Notes under the pieces: model-generated | The model's database searches: none | Seen by the model: only the letters and a program-made list of their open reading frames with translations | Told to the model about the DNA's origin: nothing | DNA from: Mobula hypostoma | Taxonomy: Eukaryota | Direction of reading: 5' to 3' | Assembly: GCF_963921235.1 (NCBI RefSeq) | Contig: NC_086104.1 | Span: forward strand, 20,832,001 to 20,896,000 | DNA: 64,000 nt | In this document: positions 47,770-58,999 of the stretch, piece after piece | How the letters are laid out: each line of letters begins with the position of its first letter | Position numbering within the stretch: the stretch's first letter is position 1 | Program-made: the position numbers and the translations under genes

Positions 47770-50670
47770 GGGAGAATTAGGAAAGATGGTGGCCATGAAA
47801 AGCCCTTGGAAAGTAGGATTGAAGAAAATCCCAAGGCATTCTATATATACATCAAGAGCAAGAGGATAGCTAGGGAGCAGATCAAGGGACCAATCAAGGA
47901 TAAAAGAGGGAACATGGGCTGAGGCAGAGGATGTGGGCAAGTACTTTGCCAAGGAGAGATTACCAGTGGGTAAGTGTTTACCAAGGAGGAAGACATGGAG
48001 GGCAGGGGGATCAGTGTGAAGTGTGCTAATGCTCTGGAGTATTTCAAGAAAGAGGAAATAGTGTTGGATCTATTAAAGAACATTAAAACCTGTTGGGATG
48101 TACACCAGGTTACTGAGGGGCAAGAGATGAGATTGCTAGGGCCTTGACCAGAGGACTGGCTATAGCTAAGTTTGTTCCATTATTCAAGAACGGAAATAGA
48201 ATAATCTTGGAAACAACAGACCAATGAGTTTCATGTCAGTAGCAGGGAAGTTACTAGAAGATTCTTACGGATAGGATGAAAAGCATTTGGAAAACCATGG
48301 CCTAATTTGGGACAGTCAGTATTGCTTAGTGCAGGGCAAGTCCTGTCTTAATGAATTGATTTTTTTTGGGGGGGGGGTGGTGAACGAAGGTGCTTGATGA
48401 AGGTAGAAGTGGATGTCATCTGCATGGATTTTAGCAAGGCATTTGATAAAGTTCCCTTATTCAAGGCTCCACCAGAAGATTAAGATTCAATGGATCCACA
48501 GTGAATTGGTCGTTAGGATTCAGAACCACCTTGCCCATAGAAGACAAAGAGTAATGGTCTTATTCTGGCTAGAGGTCTGTGATGAACGGTGTTCTCCAGG
48601 GATCTGTACCAAGACCTCTGCCTTTTGTGATTATATATAAATGACTTGGATGAAAATATGTATGGCTGAGTTGGTAAGTTTGCAGATGGTACAAAGATCA
48701 ATGTTGTGGATGGAATAAGATTGGCAAGGGATACAGTGGGACACACTGCAGATTATGGGTGGAGAAATGGCAGAAGGAATTCAACCTGGCCAAATGTGAA
48801 GTGTTGCACCTTGGGAGATCAACTATAAAGGGAAATACACTTAATCACAAGACCCTGAATAGTGTTCATGCGCAGACATTTTAGGGTTTGCATCCATTAC
48901 TCCCTGGGAGTATCTACACAGGCTGATAGGGGTAAAGGAGGTGTAATACCCTGGTAAAGATTTTACTGCTAATGTTGAAGGTATTTCATATAATGGTCTT
49001 TCTGTAGAAGTAGTATTTGGGTTACTGTTAGAGATAAGGGATGCTTAGGAATGTGGGTCATCCAGTCAGGAAAGTGGAACAGGGAAGTGGTTCTGGAGAA
49101 GGCTGGAGGAGCGGTTTTGTGACCAACTCTTCTCCCTCCTGCCATCTGGCAAAAGGTACCGAAGCATTCGGGCTCTCACGACCAGACTATGCAACAATTT
49201 CTTCCCCCAAGCCATCAGACTCAATACCCAGAGTCTAGACTGACATATACATCATTTATTATTATATTGTAATTTGTCCTCTACTGTGCCTATTGTTTTA
49301 TTATTTATTGTACTGCTCTACACTGTTTTGTGCACCTTATGTAGTCCTGTGCAGGTCTGTAGTCTAGGGCAGTTTTTATGTTGTTTTACGTAGTCTAGTG
49401 TAGTTTTGTGTTGTTTCATGTAGCACCATGGTCCTGGAGGAAAGCCGTTTCATTTTTACTGTGTACTGTACCAGCAGTTTACAGTTGAAATGACAATAAA
49501 CTTGACTTGACCTGAACTGAACATCATTGGTGGGTCTTTGTTTGGCGGGAGCTAAAGAGAGAAGATTCTGGAGAGACCAGATCATAGGATGGAGTCCAGG
49601 CCTGGAGGTCTGCCAAGAATCGGTGAATATGGCTGTAGGAAGATTTGAGCTCCAATCTGTGCACATGTGACTGATTAATTATAAAGGGCCCTTTAGTTTT
49701 TTTTTCCCTTTCTTTTCATTACTAACTCTTTGGCTAAGTTAACTTTCACAAATATACTTTTTTATAATTGTATGCAGTATGTGATCTGTTATTTTATGCT
49801 GACTGGCTATTGCAGGGCAGTAAATCACACAGCATTCACACAAACTGGGGCTTGGGTGGGCGAGACATCCCAATCTCACAGATTTGGCAGGACCAAAGTT
49901 GTATACACCTTAGAAGTACGAAACTGGAGAAAGGTGGGTTTATCACCATGGAACCCAGCGACAGTTAGCGAGGGGCTAGCCAGCTGTATTTCCAAAGATG
50001 CCCAGAAAAGGGGGTGTGGGGGAAGGGGTGGAGTTTCAGAGGCATGCTTGCCTTTAATCAGTCAAGGTGGTGAATTCCAGAATTGAGGAAGTTATGTTAC
50101 AGCTTTATAAAACTCTGGTTGAGTTGCATCTGCAGTATTACATGCATTTCCTGGTGCCCCATTATAGGAAGAACATCAAGTCGTAGGAGAGGCTGCATAA
50201 GTAGTTTTCTAGAATGCTGCCTTGATTACAGGGCATATGCTACATGGAGAAGATGGATAAACTTGGTTTGTTTTCTCTGAAGCAGCAGAGGCTGAGGGGA
50301 GAGATCGGACAGAAATTTAGAAGCGTAGATTTAGCATACAGCCAATATCTTTTTCCTAGGGTTGAAATGTCCAACATCAGAAAGCATGCATTTAAGGTGA
50401 GCAGATTAAGTTCAAAGGAGATGTGCAAGTTGTTTTAAATTTTAAACTGAGAGGAGTAGGTCTCTTGAATGTGCTGCCAAAGATGGTGGTGGAAGCAAGT
50501 ATGATAGGGATGTTCAAGAAGCTCTTAGATAAGCATGAGAATGTGCAAGAAATGGTCATTGCGTAGGTAGAATGGATTAGTTAGTTGGGCATTTGATTAC
50601 TACTTTAATTGGTTCAGCACAATATCATGGAGTGAGGGGGTGTTCCTGTAGTGTACTGTTCTATATTCTA
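47770..50670 (+). mobile_element. CR1 fragment split by a solo LTR
   Basis: DFSKAFDKVP and FADGTK remnants; resumes at 50039 (MLAF...LGLFSLKQQRLRG). Confidence 0.75.
48942..50038. mobile_element. Solo LTR (TG...CA, 4-bp TSD) containing a Rex1 3' fragment (~49125-49520)
   Basis: gagg|TGTAAT...TTTCA|gagg. Confidence 0.65.
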
Positions 50671-51029
50671 TAAAAACAATGGTTAGAAATAAATCTGACT
50701 TTTGTTTTACACAATGTAAATTCCAACCATGAATCACAAAGCATAGAATGATATAAATAGGTATTTAGGAAAGACGCAAAATATCCTACGTACCAGGGGA
50801 GGGAAAAAAAAGGTCTGCAAAGTAGCTCAGATTTTTCATCTACTTTTGGTTGCTGATAACTTAATCATGTTTTCGTATAACTGTAAATGTAATAGCAGTA
50901 AGGTCCGCTATATATTGTGTGAGTAAACTGTCTTGAATGCATCGTATAAATTCCCCCTACCCACCCAGGCCCCCTGCTCTCTGGGTAGCTCAGTCAATAC
51001 TAGGTATAACTGATTTGGATGTGAGTGCA

Positions 51030-51960
51030 GAAGGCTTGATCAGTGAAGAAAGCTATGATAGATTACAAGGGACTCTTGAAAAGTTACAAGAGTGTCAAAT
51101 AGGTTTCAACATAAATAAATGTCTTATTGGAAAGTCAAATCAGCAAACAACTTATCTTGAATGTATGCTTTACACCTGGGCAGCAGAGGAACGCTGTCTC
51201 ATTCGAATGTATCCATGTATGGTCTGAATGATAATTAAACTTGATTTGATACTATAAATGATAGGGCACTAAGGAGTGTGAAGGAAGAGAAGGAGCTAGG
51301 AATACAGAGGCATAGTTCTTTGAACGTCCTGTCACAAGTAGACAGGGTAGTGAGAAAGGTGTTTAGTAAACTTTCATTAGTCAGGACACCGAGTACAGAA
51401 GATGGGACATCATGTTACAGTTGCACAAATTGTTGGTCATACTTAAAGTAACATTAAAGTTATGGCCACCCTGTTATATCAATGATGTGATTAAACTGGA
51501 AACCGTGCAGAAAAGATTTATGAAGATGTCGCCAGGACTAGAGGGCCTGAGCTGTAGGGAGATGTTGGTCAGGCTCGGGCATTATTCCTTGGAGCACAGG
51601 AGAGTAAGAGCTAACATATGAAAGGCAAAGATAAGGTCGATGGTAACGACCTTTTCTTCAGCTTATGGGAGACCAAAATTGGGACCATAGATTTAGGGTG
51701 AGGGAATAAAGATATATAACCAACTCAAGGAGCAACTTTTCTCCCCCTCATGCAGATGGTGGTGAGAATATGGAACAAGTTACCAGATGATGTGGATCAG
51801 GCAGGTACAACAGAATCGTTTAAGCAGCTCTTGGATAAGTGCATGGAAGGATGGGGCTTTGAGGGACATAAGCTGAACATGGGAAATTGGGATTCACTGA
51901 GTGAGCACGTGCTCAACATAGATGCTTGGGCCTCCATCCATGCTGTATTGTTTTATGAAG
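51030..51960 (+). mobile_element. CR1 3' fragment
   Basis: LETVQKRFMKMSPGLEGLS...IWNKLPDDV. Confidence 0.75.
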
Positions 51961-52669
51961 TCAAAATAAAGGCCCTGATTTAGACTGTGCTATTCTGTTG
52001 AAAGCAGACAAATAGAACAAGTACATTAAATCTAACGTGATCATACCAATAAAGCAGGATAAGTGAAACAAGTAAATTAGGGGAAAAGTATTGATTAAGA
52101 GTATAAAACAAAGGTTGAAGTTTTAAAGGGCCACATTATTGCAACAAGATTTGTGTTGATTGTAGACAAATAGTATAAGAGAACTAACTGAGTAGCTTGG
52201 TCTATGAGACACAAGCAATAATAGTAGCTTCATCTGCAAAAGAGATGAAAAATAAAAAGCAATTTCCAAAGGAAGAAAAAAGAGGCCAGGGACACTGGCA
52301 CAGGCAGGGACATACAGATAGACAACGAAAATACCAATTGCAACATATTGTCAACTGGACACATCAGAAGAGACCTGCACATAAGTCACTCAAAGGGTGG
52401 GCTTCCTAAGCAGCGACTATCATCTAAAGTTTTGTTTTGTACTGGCCACACGTTATGTAATAAATCAGTTGACTTATAACCAGTATACCTACATCCACTG
52501 TAGTTTGTTGTAGTCATGGACAATTCTTTTGAATGACTGAATTTTCAACATTTAAATTCAAACAAAACTATTAGACCACAAGACCATGAGATAGGAGATT
52601 TAGCCTACTCAGCCCAACGAGTCTGCTCTGCCATTCCATCATTATCCCTCTCCACAGTCCACATGGATT

Positions 52670-54005
52670 CTCTAAGGTCTACATGGACTTCAGTAAGGCA
52701 TTTAACAAGGTCCTGAATGGGAAGCTGGTCAAGAAGGATCAATCGCTCGGCATTCAGCATGAGATAGTAAATTGGAATAAACATTGGCTTTGTGGAAGAA
52801 GCCAGAGAGTGGTAGTAGAGGGTTGCTTCTCTGACTGGAGGCTTGTGACTCGTGGTGTGCCGCAGGAATCTGTGCTGGGCTTTTTGTTGTTTATCAACTA
52901 TATCAATTTTCTGGATGATAATGTGGTTAACTGGATCAGCAAATTTGCAGATGACATCAAGAAAAGGGGTGTAGTGGACAGTGAGGAAGGTCATCATGGT
53001 TTAAATGGGCTGAAAAATGGCAGATGGAACTTAATGCAGACAAGTGCACTTGGTAGGACCAACCAGGATAAGTCTTACACAGTGAATGGCAGGGCATTGA
53101 GTGTGGGAGAACAAAGGGATATGGGAATGGGAGGGAACATCGACTCAGACCATGAGAGGCCTGCGTCGGGCATTTTCATGCCTTACAAGGCGCAGGTTGG
53201 GAGTCTGTGTGGGGCGCCACTCCTCACACAGACTAGAGCAATGTGTGGTTAAGTGCCTTGCTCAAGGGCACAAACACACTGCCGCAGCTGAGGCTCAAAT
53301 TAGCGACCTTCAGATCACTAAACGATCGCCTTACCACTTGGCCACGTGCCCAACACTATGATATGGGAATACAGGTCCATAATTCATTGAAAGTGGTGTC
53401 ACAGGTAGATAGGATCATAAAGAATGCTTTTGGCACATTGGCCTTCATAAATCAATGTATTGAGTACAGGAGATGGAATGTTATGAGGTTCTATAAGACA
53501 TTGTTGAGGCCTAATTTGGAGTATTGTGCGTACTTTTGCTCACCAACTTACAGTTAAGTTGTAAACAAGGTTGAAAGAGTACAAAGAAAATTTACAAGGA
53601 TGTTGCCAGGTCTGGAATGATTGAATAGGTGAGGGCTTATTCTTTAGATCACAGAAGATTCAGAGGAGATTTGAGAGAGGTATACAAAAATAGATAAATG
53701 CAAGCAGGCCTTTTCCACTAAGGTTGGGTGGGACTACAACCAGAGGTCATGGGTTAAAGGTGAAAGCTAAGGTGGTTAAGGGAAAATGTGGGGGAATGTC
53801 TTCACTCAGAGTGTAGAATGAGCTGCCAGCACAAGTGGTGCATGCAAGCTCGATTTCATCGCTGAAGAGAAGCTTGGATAGGTATATGGATAGTAGGGAT
53901 ATGGAGGGCTATGGTCCCAGTGGAGATCGATGGGAGTAGGTAATTTAAATGGTTTTGGCATGGATTAGATGTGCCAAAGAGCCTGTTCTGTGTTGTACCT
54001 CTGCA
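52670..54005 (+). mobile_element. CR1 RT to 3' end fragment
   Basis: MDFSKAFNKV...GVPQESVLG...KFADD...LLRPNLEYC. Confidence 0.85.
53129..53359 (-). mobile_element. Full-length tRNA-derived SINE with a CORE-like segment
   Basis: 11-bp TSD gatatgggaat; A box TGGCCAAGTGG; decayed B box; gtgcccttgagcaaggcacttaac. Confidence 0.85.
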
Positions 54006-54083
54006 CGACTTTCCTACCTTCTCCCCATAACCTTTGACACCCTGACTAACCCAGAACCTACTAACTGGCAAGATTTCAGTCAA

Positions 54084-54284
54084 ACAACAGGAATTCTGCA
54101 GATGCTGGAAATTCAAGCAACACACATCAAAGTTGCTGGTGAATGCAGCAGGCCAGGCAGCATCTCTAGGAAGAGGTACAGTCGACGTTTCAGGCCGAGA
54201 CCCTTCGTCAGGATAGTGTCCTGACGAAAGGTCTCAGCCTGAAACGTCGACTGTACCTCTTCCTAGAGATGCTGCCTGGCCTGC
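54084..54284. mobile_element. Penelope-like palindromic insertion with two hammerhead cores
   Basis: 13-bp TSD agatttcagtcaa; 66-bp arms 54148-54213 and 54219-54284. Confidence 0.85.
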
Positions 54285-54309
54285 AGATTTCAGTCAACAG
54301 CTTTTGTCT

Positions 54310-54680
54310 ATGGGTGGCAATACATCTCCACAAAAGGAAGTGCAAAGTGCTCCTTCCCTCTGCTGGCCTGCACCCTTAGGCAAGGTGTAGCACCTGCTTA
54401 GACCCTCCCCCCACAATCAGGGTCATGTGAAGCCAAGGGAACAGATGGTGAATGGTCATGAGCAGCTGATGCACATCACAACTCCTGGTTGTGCAACCAC
54501 TGACACCAGGCTGATGAGTATTGATAATAACTAGGGCCACCCGACTTGTCAAGACACATTGCCCAGAAGGTGCAATGGCAAACCACTTCTGTAGAAAAAT
54601 TTGTTAAGGACAATCATGCTCATGAATAAGATCATGATCACCCACATCAATACGATATTGCACATAACGTTGATGATGTT
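54310..54680 (+). mobile_element. RTE-related non-autonomous element/SINE
   Basis: gcaatggcaaaccactt motif (BovB/Sauria-SINE-like) and (TGA)n tail. Confidence 0.5.
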
Positions 54681-54841
54681 GAGCTTTTGTCTGTCTCTTG
54701 TTCCCCTTCCCCAGTATCAAGTATCCTTACAATTTTATTATCAACCTTTGAATTAGGAATGCTGCATAAATATTCTAATGACTTCAACCAACTCCATTTT
54801 AACTTCATTAATAAGCACACGGAATGTCACAACTCACTTAC

Positions 54842-54924
54842 CAAGGTTCATCTGTGGGCTCCCAGCATACTAAGCAAACACTACATGTAAAACACATGGC
54901 CCGGTCATCTCCAGAGGAAGCTGG
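54842..54924 (-). CDS. BIRC6: BIRC6 coding exon (~exon 6), BIR domain CxxC, 83 nt
   Basis: ttag|CCA...TG|gtaagt; PASSGDDRAMCFTCSVCLVCWEPTDEPW. Confidence 0.96.
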
Positions 54925-55390
54925 CTAAATAGAAAACAATACTGGACCTAAGTTCATTCAATTAATAGCACTTGCTTCAAGTATCAGAAGTCTGAGACAG
55001 ATTTAAAGAAGTTTTACAACTTGATTGGATGATGGCACAGTTAGAAGAAACAACTGATTTTACCCTCTCAGGGAATAATGTATTAAAATGACTGCCAACT
55101 TGACTAAATAACTCAGTATAAACGAGAAGTGGAAAATGGAAGTTCAGAACCAATTCTATTCACAACTCAGTTTTGAAATGACATTTAGGTGAGATTAACT
55201 GAGATCAAGCACAGCAGTACAAGATCAAGGTTAACTACTTCCATCACTATAATTTTTGCTTTTCCATATCCTGAACAGTTTTATATTTGTATTATTTCAA
55301 TAATTCTCCCAAATACATAGTTCTAACAATAACAAAACCCAAAGAAAGGCAACAAAATTTACAATTCTAGTAATGAATTTAAGAACTTAC

Positions 55391-55502
55391 TTGGTGATAG
55401 AATCCTGCCTGAGCCATTGGATCGGGCTGAGCCCATCTGTATCCTACATGTGGCCAAGAGGTGAAGGTTTCTCGTCGGTTTGCCTCACTATACATTAGTG
55501 AC
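55391..55502 (-). CDS. BIRC6: BIRC6 coding exon (~exon 5), BIR domain start, 112 nt
   Basis: ttag|G...CAA|gtaagt; SLMYSEANRRETFTSWPHVGYRWAQPDPMAQAGFYHQ. Confidence 0.96.
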
Positions 55503-56265
55503 CTAATGGAAATTAAAATTTATTATATTGCAAAATCTTGAGTAATATGCATTTTCTTTGACTGCTGCTCAATTGTCACTTGCAAAGCTTCTGTAACACT
55601 GCAAGGATCAGCTACTTCATTTTCCAGTTTTTATCTATCTGCAAGGCATTTACCTAAATTACGATCTGGAAGAATTTTAAAATATTTTTCCTCAAATCCA
55701 TCTTTACTGGAGCATCCCACAGCAATGGGTTTTATACAAGGAACAGGATTAAATGAAAAGAAATAAGATAGTACAGAAAACTAAGTGCATTCTATTGATT
55801 CAACACAAGCAACAAGTATTTTTATAAAAGAATAAGTACATTCATAAATAACACTGTCACAATTTGGATTTGATGGTAAACTGCTCCATTCTGGCACCAG
55901 CTATCATTTTGGACATTGCAGAAAGGCCTAGATATTGAGAGCTGATTGTTGGCCTGAAAGTGCAAGATGACCTTTTTTCACACCCCAGCAATAGAAAGCT
56001 AACTTACGTGCACAAGACAAATAATTGCTAAAGTCATCGCCAGTGAATATACAAAGAAACATACAGATCAAGAGATCTGTCCTTTGAGGACTAAGATGAA
56101 GTCAATAACTTAATACCAATTTTATGATTTTAATCAAGATGTGCTCCAAAAAATAAATGTTTATTGTATTTAACAATGAATCAACAAAACATAAGCTATT
56201 ATTTTCTATAATTCTTTCAGCAATGGTTAAAATACCACTATGATGAAAAAATGCTCAAGATCCTT

Positions 56266-56490
56266 AACACATGAGATTCAGTAGATGCTGGAAATCCAGA
56301 GTAAAACAGACAAGATGCTGAAGGAACTCAGCAGCTCAGGCAACATCTATGCAGAGCAAGGGTCCCCTCAACCTGGGGTTCACTGATCCCCCAGATAATG
56401 GTAGGGGTCCATGGCATAAAAAAGACTGGGAACCTTTGATGTAGAAGAGAGTTCATGTGTCTGGCCAAGGCACTTCATCAGGACTCAAGA
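56266..56490 (-). mobile_element. Decayed Penelope-like end interrupted by an 82-bp hAT MITE (56357-56438)
   Basis: gatgctggaaatcc...cttcatcaggact; MITE ends caagggtccc / gggaacctttg with degenerate TSD atgcagag/atgtagaa. Confidence 0.6.
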
Positions 56491-56754
56491 TCCTTAGTGT
56501 CTATGATTGATCTTATGGAAATACTCTTTCCAAACACTGCTACATCAAGAAATACGCAAGATCAAAAAATCTTCAACATCCTATCAAAACATGACCAAGA
56601 TAAAATCACAACTTTTTTTTTTGCCCAAGACTTGTTTCTTTAAAAGCACTTCTAAAAATTCTGTTTGCTTCCAATTGGTTATGTAAAGCTTGATAAAATT
56701 AAGGAAATTTAACGTAACTTGGTTCTAGCTCAAGAATCACACACCAACTCATAC

Positions 56755-56948
56755 CTGTCCACTGAGCGACCAGGACCCACGCCAAGTTCAGGCCGTGCAC
56801 TCGGCAAGAGGTAGGATAGCCTATCCATTACAGATGAGGCTACAGACAGGGCAGAAATATTATGATTGGTCTTTTTCAACTCATTTACAATGGCATTAGC
56901 AACTGACTTCAGAGTATGATGAGGAAGATGAAAAGTGACTGTTGCCCA
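56755..56948 (-). CDS. BIRC6: BIRC6 coding exon (~exon 4), 194 nt
   Basis: tgcag|TGG...AG|gtatga; WATVTFHLPHH...RPELGVGPGRSVDR. Confidence 0.96.
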
Positions 56949-57637
56949 CTGCAAAAACAAAAAAAAATGTGTTACTGAAATCCCAGAGAAATACAGATTC
57001 GGCATTTCAGAGTTTCATTAAAGTCTAAGATGAATCCATTACCCTATCCCAATTGTTAATTGTATCGTTTATCTGATATTTACTGAATACCAGACACTGA
57101 AAGGTCTGGATAGAGTGGACATTGAGAGGATATCTCCACTAGGTCGGAGAATCTAGGATCTGAAGGCACAACCTCAGAATAAAGAGATGTCCCATTAAGG
57201 ATGACATGAGGAGGAATTTCTTCAGCTAGAGGGTGAAGAATCTATAAACTTGCTGCCAGAGAGGAAAGCCAGGTCATTGGGTGTATTTAAAGCAGAGATT
57301 GATATATTTTTGATTGTTAAGGGGGTTAAGGGTTAGGGGGAGAACGCAAGAGATAGAAGTTGAAAAAAAATAAATCAGCCATTAATCAATTGATGGGCCA
57401 AATGGCCTAAATACTCAAGACAATGGGGGTGTGAAATGCTAACAGGAGAGAGGAACAAGAGGACAGGATTCAGTTAATTTGTAGCACCTCATCTGATTAA
57501 GGAGGAGCAAACCAAAGGTGAGATAAACCATTAAATTAAAGAATGCAGTGAAGAAAAATCAAACATTAAAAATGTACTTTCATTAAGATTTCACCACAGC
57601 AGCATCTTTCAGAGATTTTCTTTTAGATTCTACTCAC

Positions 57638-57775
57638 TTTTGCGACTTTGTGATTTGCTGCTGTCTCGTGTGAGGTATTTTGCAGCCCTTCTTTCAACTG
57701 TGTGATAAATTGATCATATCCTTCTATATACGAGACTTCTACCTTCTCCAGACAAGCAGAGAGCAATTGCTGGGC
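57638..57775 (-). CDS. BIRC6: BIRC6 coding exon (~exon 3), 138 nt
   Basis: tacag|GCC...AAA|gtgagt; AQQLLSACLEKVEVSYIEGYDQFITQLKEGLQNTSHETAANHKVAK matches the vertebrate BIRC6 N-terminal region. Confidence 0.95.
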
Positions 57776-57968
57776 CTGTATATGTAAAACACAGTACAAT
57801 AATTAATTTAAAAAATCTATAGGATTCTTAAATATTTCAGAGTTTAAAAAAATTAAAAGAAAAATATTGCAGCACTTCCTGGTATAAACAACTAAAAACA
57901 TACACCAGTTTCAGTGAATAGTTGGACTCTAGAGAGTACTATGGCACAGAGGGACCAAGGGGTACATG

Positions 57969-58990
57969 CAGTTGCAAGAAAGAGTTTGTGACCCTTTGCA
58001 ATTACCTGATTGTCTACATTAATTACTCAAAATATGTTCTGATCTTCATCCAAGTCACAATAACAGCCAAACACAATCTGCCTAAACTAATAACACACAA
58101 ACAATTGAACTTTTCATGTCTATATTGTACACATTGTTTAACAATTCACTGACGAGGCTGGGAAAAATACGTGAACCCTTGTACTTAAATAACTGGTAGA
58201 ACCTCCTTTAGCAGCAATAACCTTCCTGTAGCTGCTAATCAGACTTGCACAACAGTGAGGTGGAACTTAGACCATTCCTCCATATAAAACTGTCTCAGTT
58301 CATATTTCAGGGACAGCCTTCTTCAGGTCTGGATTCTGACCTGGCCATTACAAAACACAAATTTTCTTCTTTTTAAACCAATTCTGTTGTTGATTTACTC
58401 GTGTTTCAGATCATTAGCATGTTGCATCATCCAACTTCAATGAAGCTGGATTCTCCTGTAAAATATATTGATACAATATTGAATTCATTGTTTCCTCAAC
58501 GATTGTAAGCCATCCAGCCAGAGGCAGCAAAGCAGCCCCAAATCCACAATGGTCCTTCCTCCATGCTTCAGTTAGGATGAGGTTTTGGTGTTGGTGTGCA
58601 GTTCCCTTTTTCCTCCAAATATAACAATGTGCACTTCTGCCAAAAAGTTCTACATTTGTCTCATCTGTCCACAGAACATTGTCCCAGAAACTAAGTGGAA
58701 CACCCAGGTGATCTTTTGCAAACTTCAGATATGCAGAAATATTTTTTTGGAGAGCAGCAGTTTCCTCCATAGTGTCCTTCCATGAACACCATTCTTGTTG
58801 TGTTTTTCTTATAGTGGACACATGAACAGAGATCTTAGCAAGTTCTAGAGATTTCTGCAGATCTTTTGCAGTTACCCTTGGGTTCTTTTTCACCTTCTTC
58901 AGGAAGTTGGATGATGTAACAAGAATGATCCAAAACACAATAGCAAATCAACAACAGAATGGTTTAAAAAGAAGAAAATTTGTGTTCTGA
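57969..58990 (-). mobile_element. Tc1/mariner remnant, same family as 38411-39470
   Basis: TIR cagttgcaagaaag; KKNPRVTAKDL...FWDNVLWTDET. Confidence 0.85.
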
Positions 58991-58999
58991 GAGGAAGGG

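Noticed and set aside
40180-53359. Shared peptide [22 protein letters not shown] in two ORFs suggesting a gene family
   Set aside because: Both are antisense translations of the same SINE inserted in LINE fragments
54505-54545. ctgatgag as a hammerhead core
   Set aside because: No matching stem II-GAAA-UH arrangement follows
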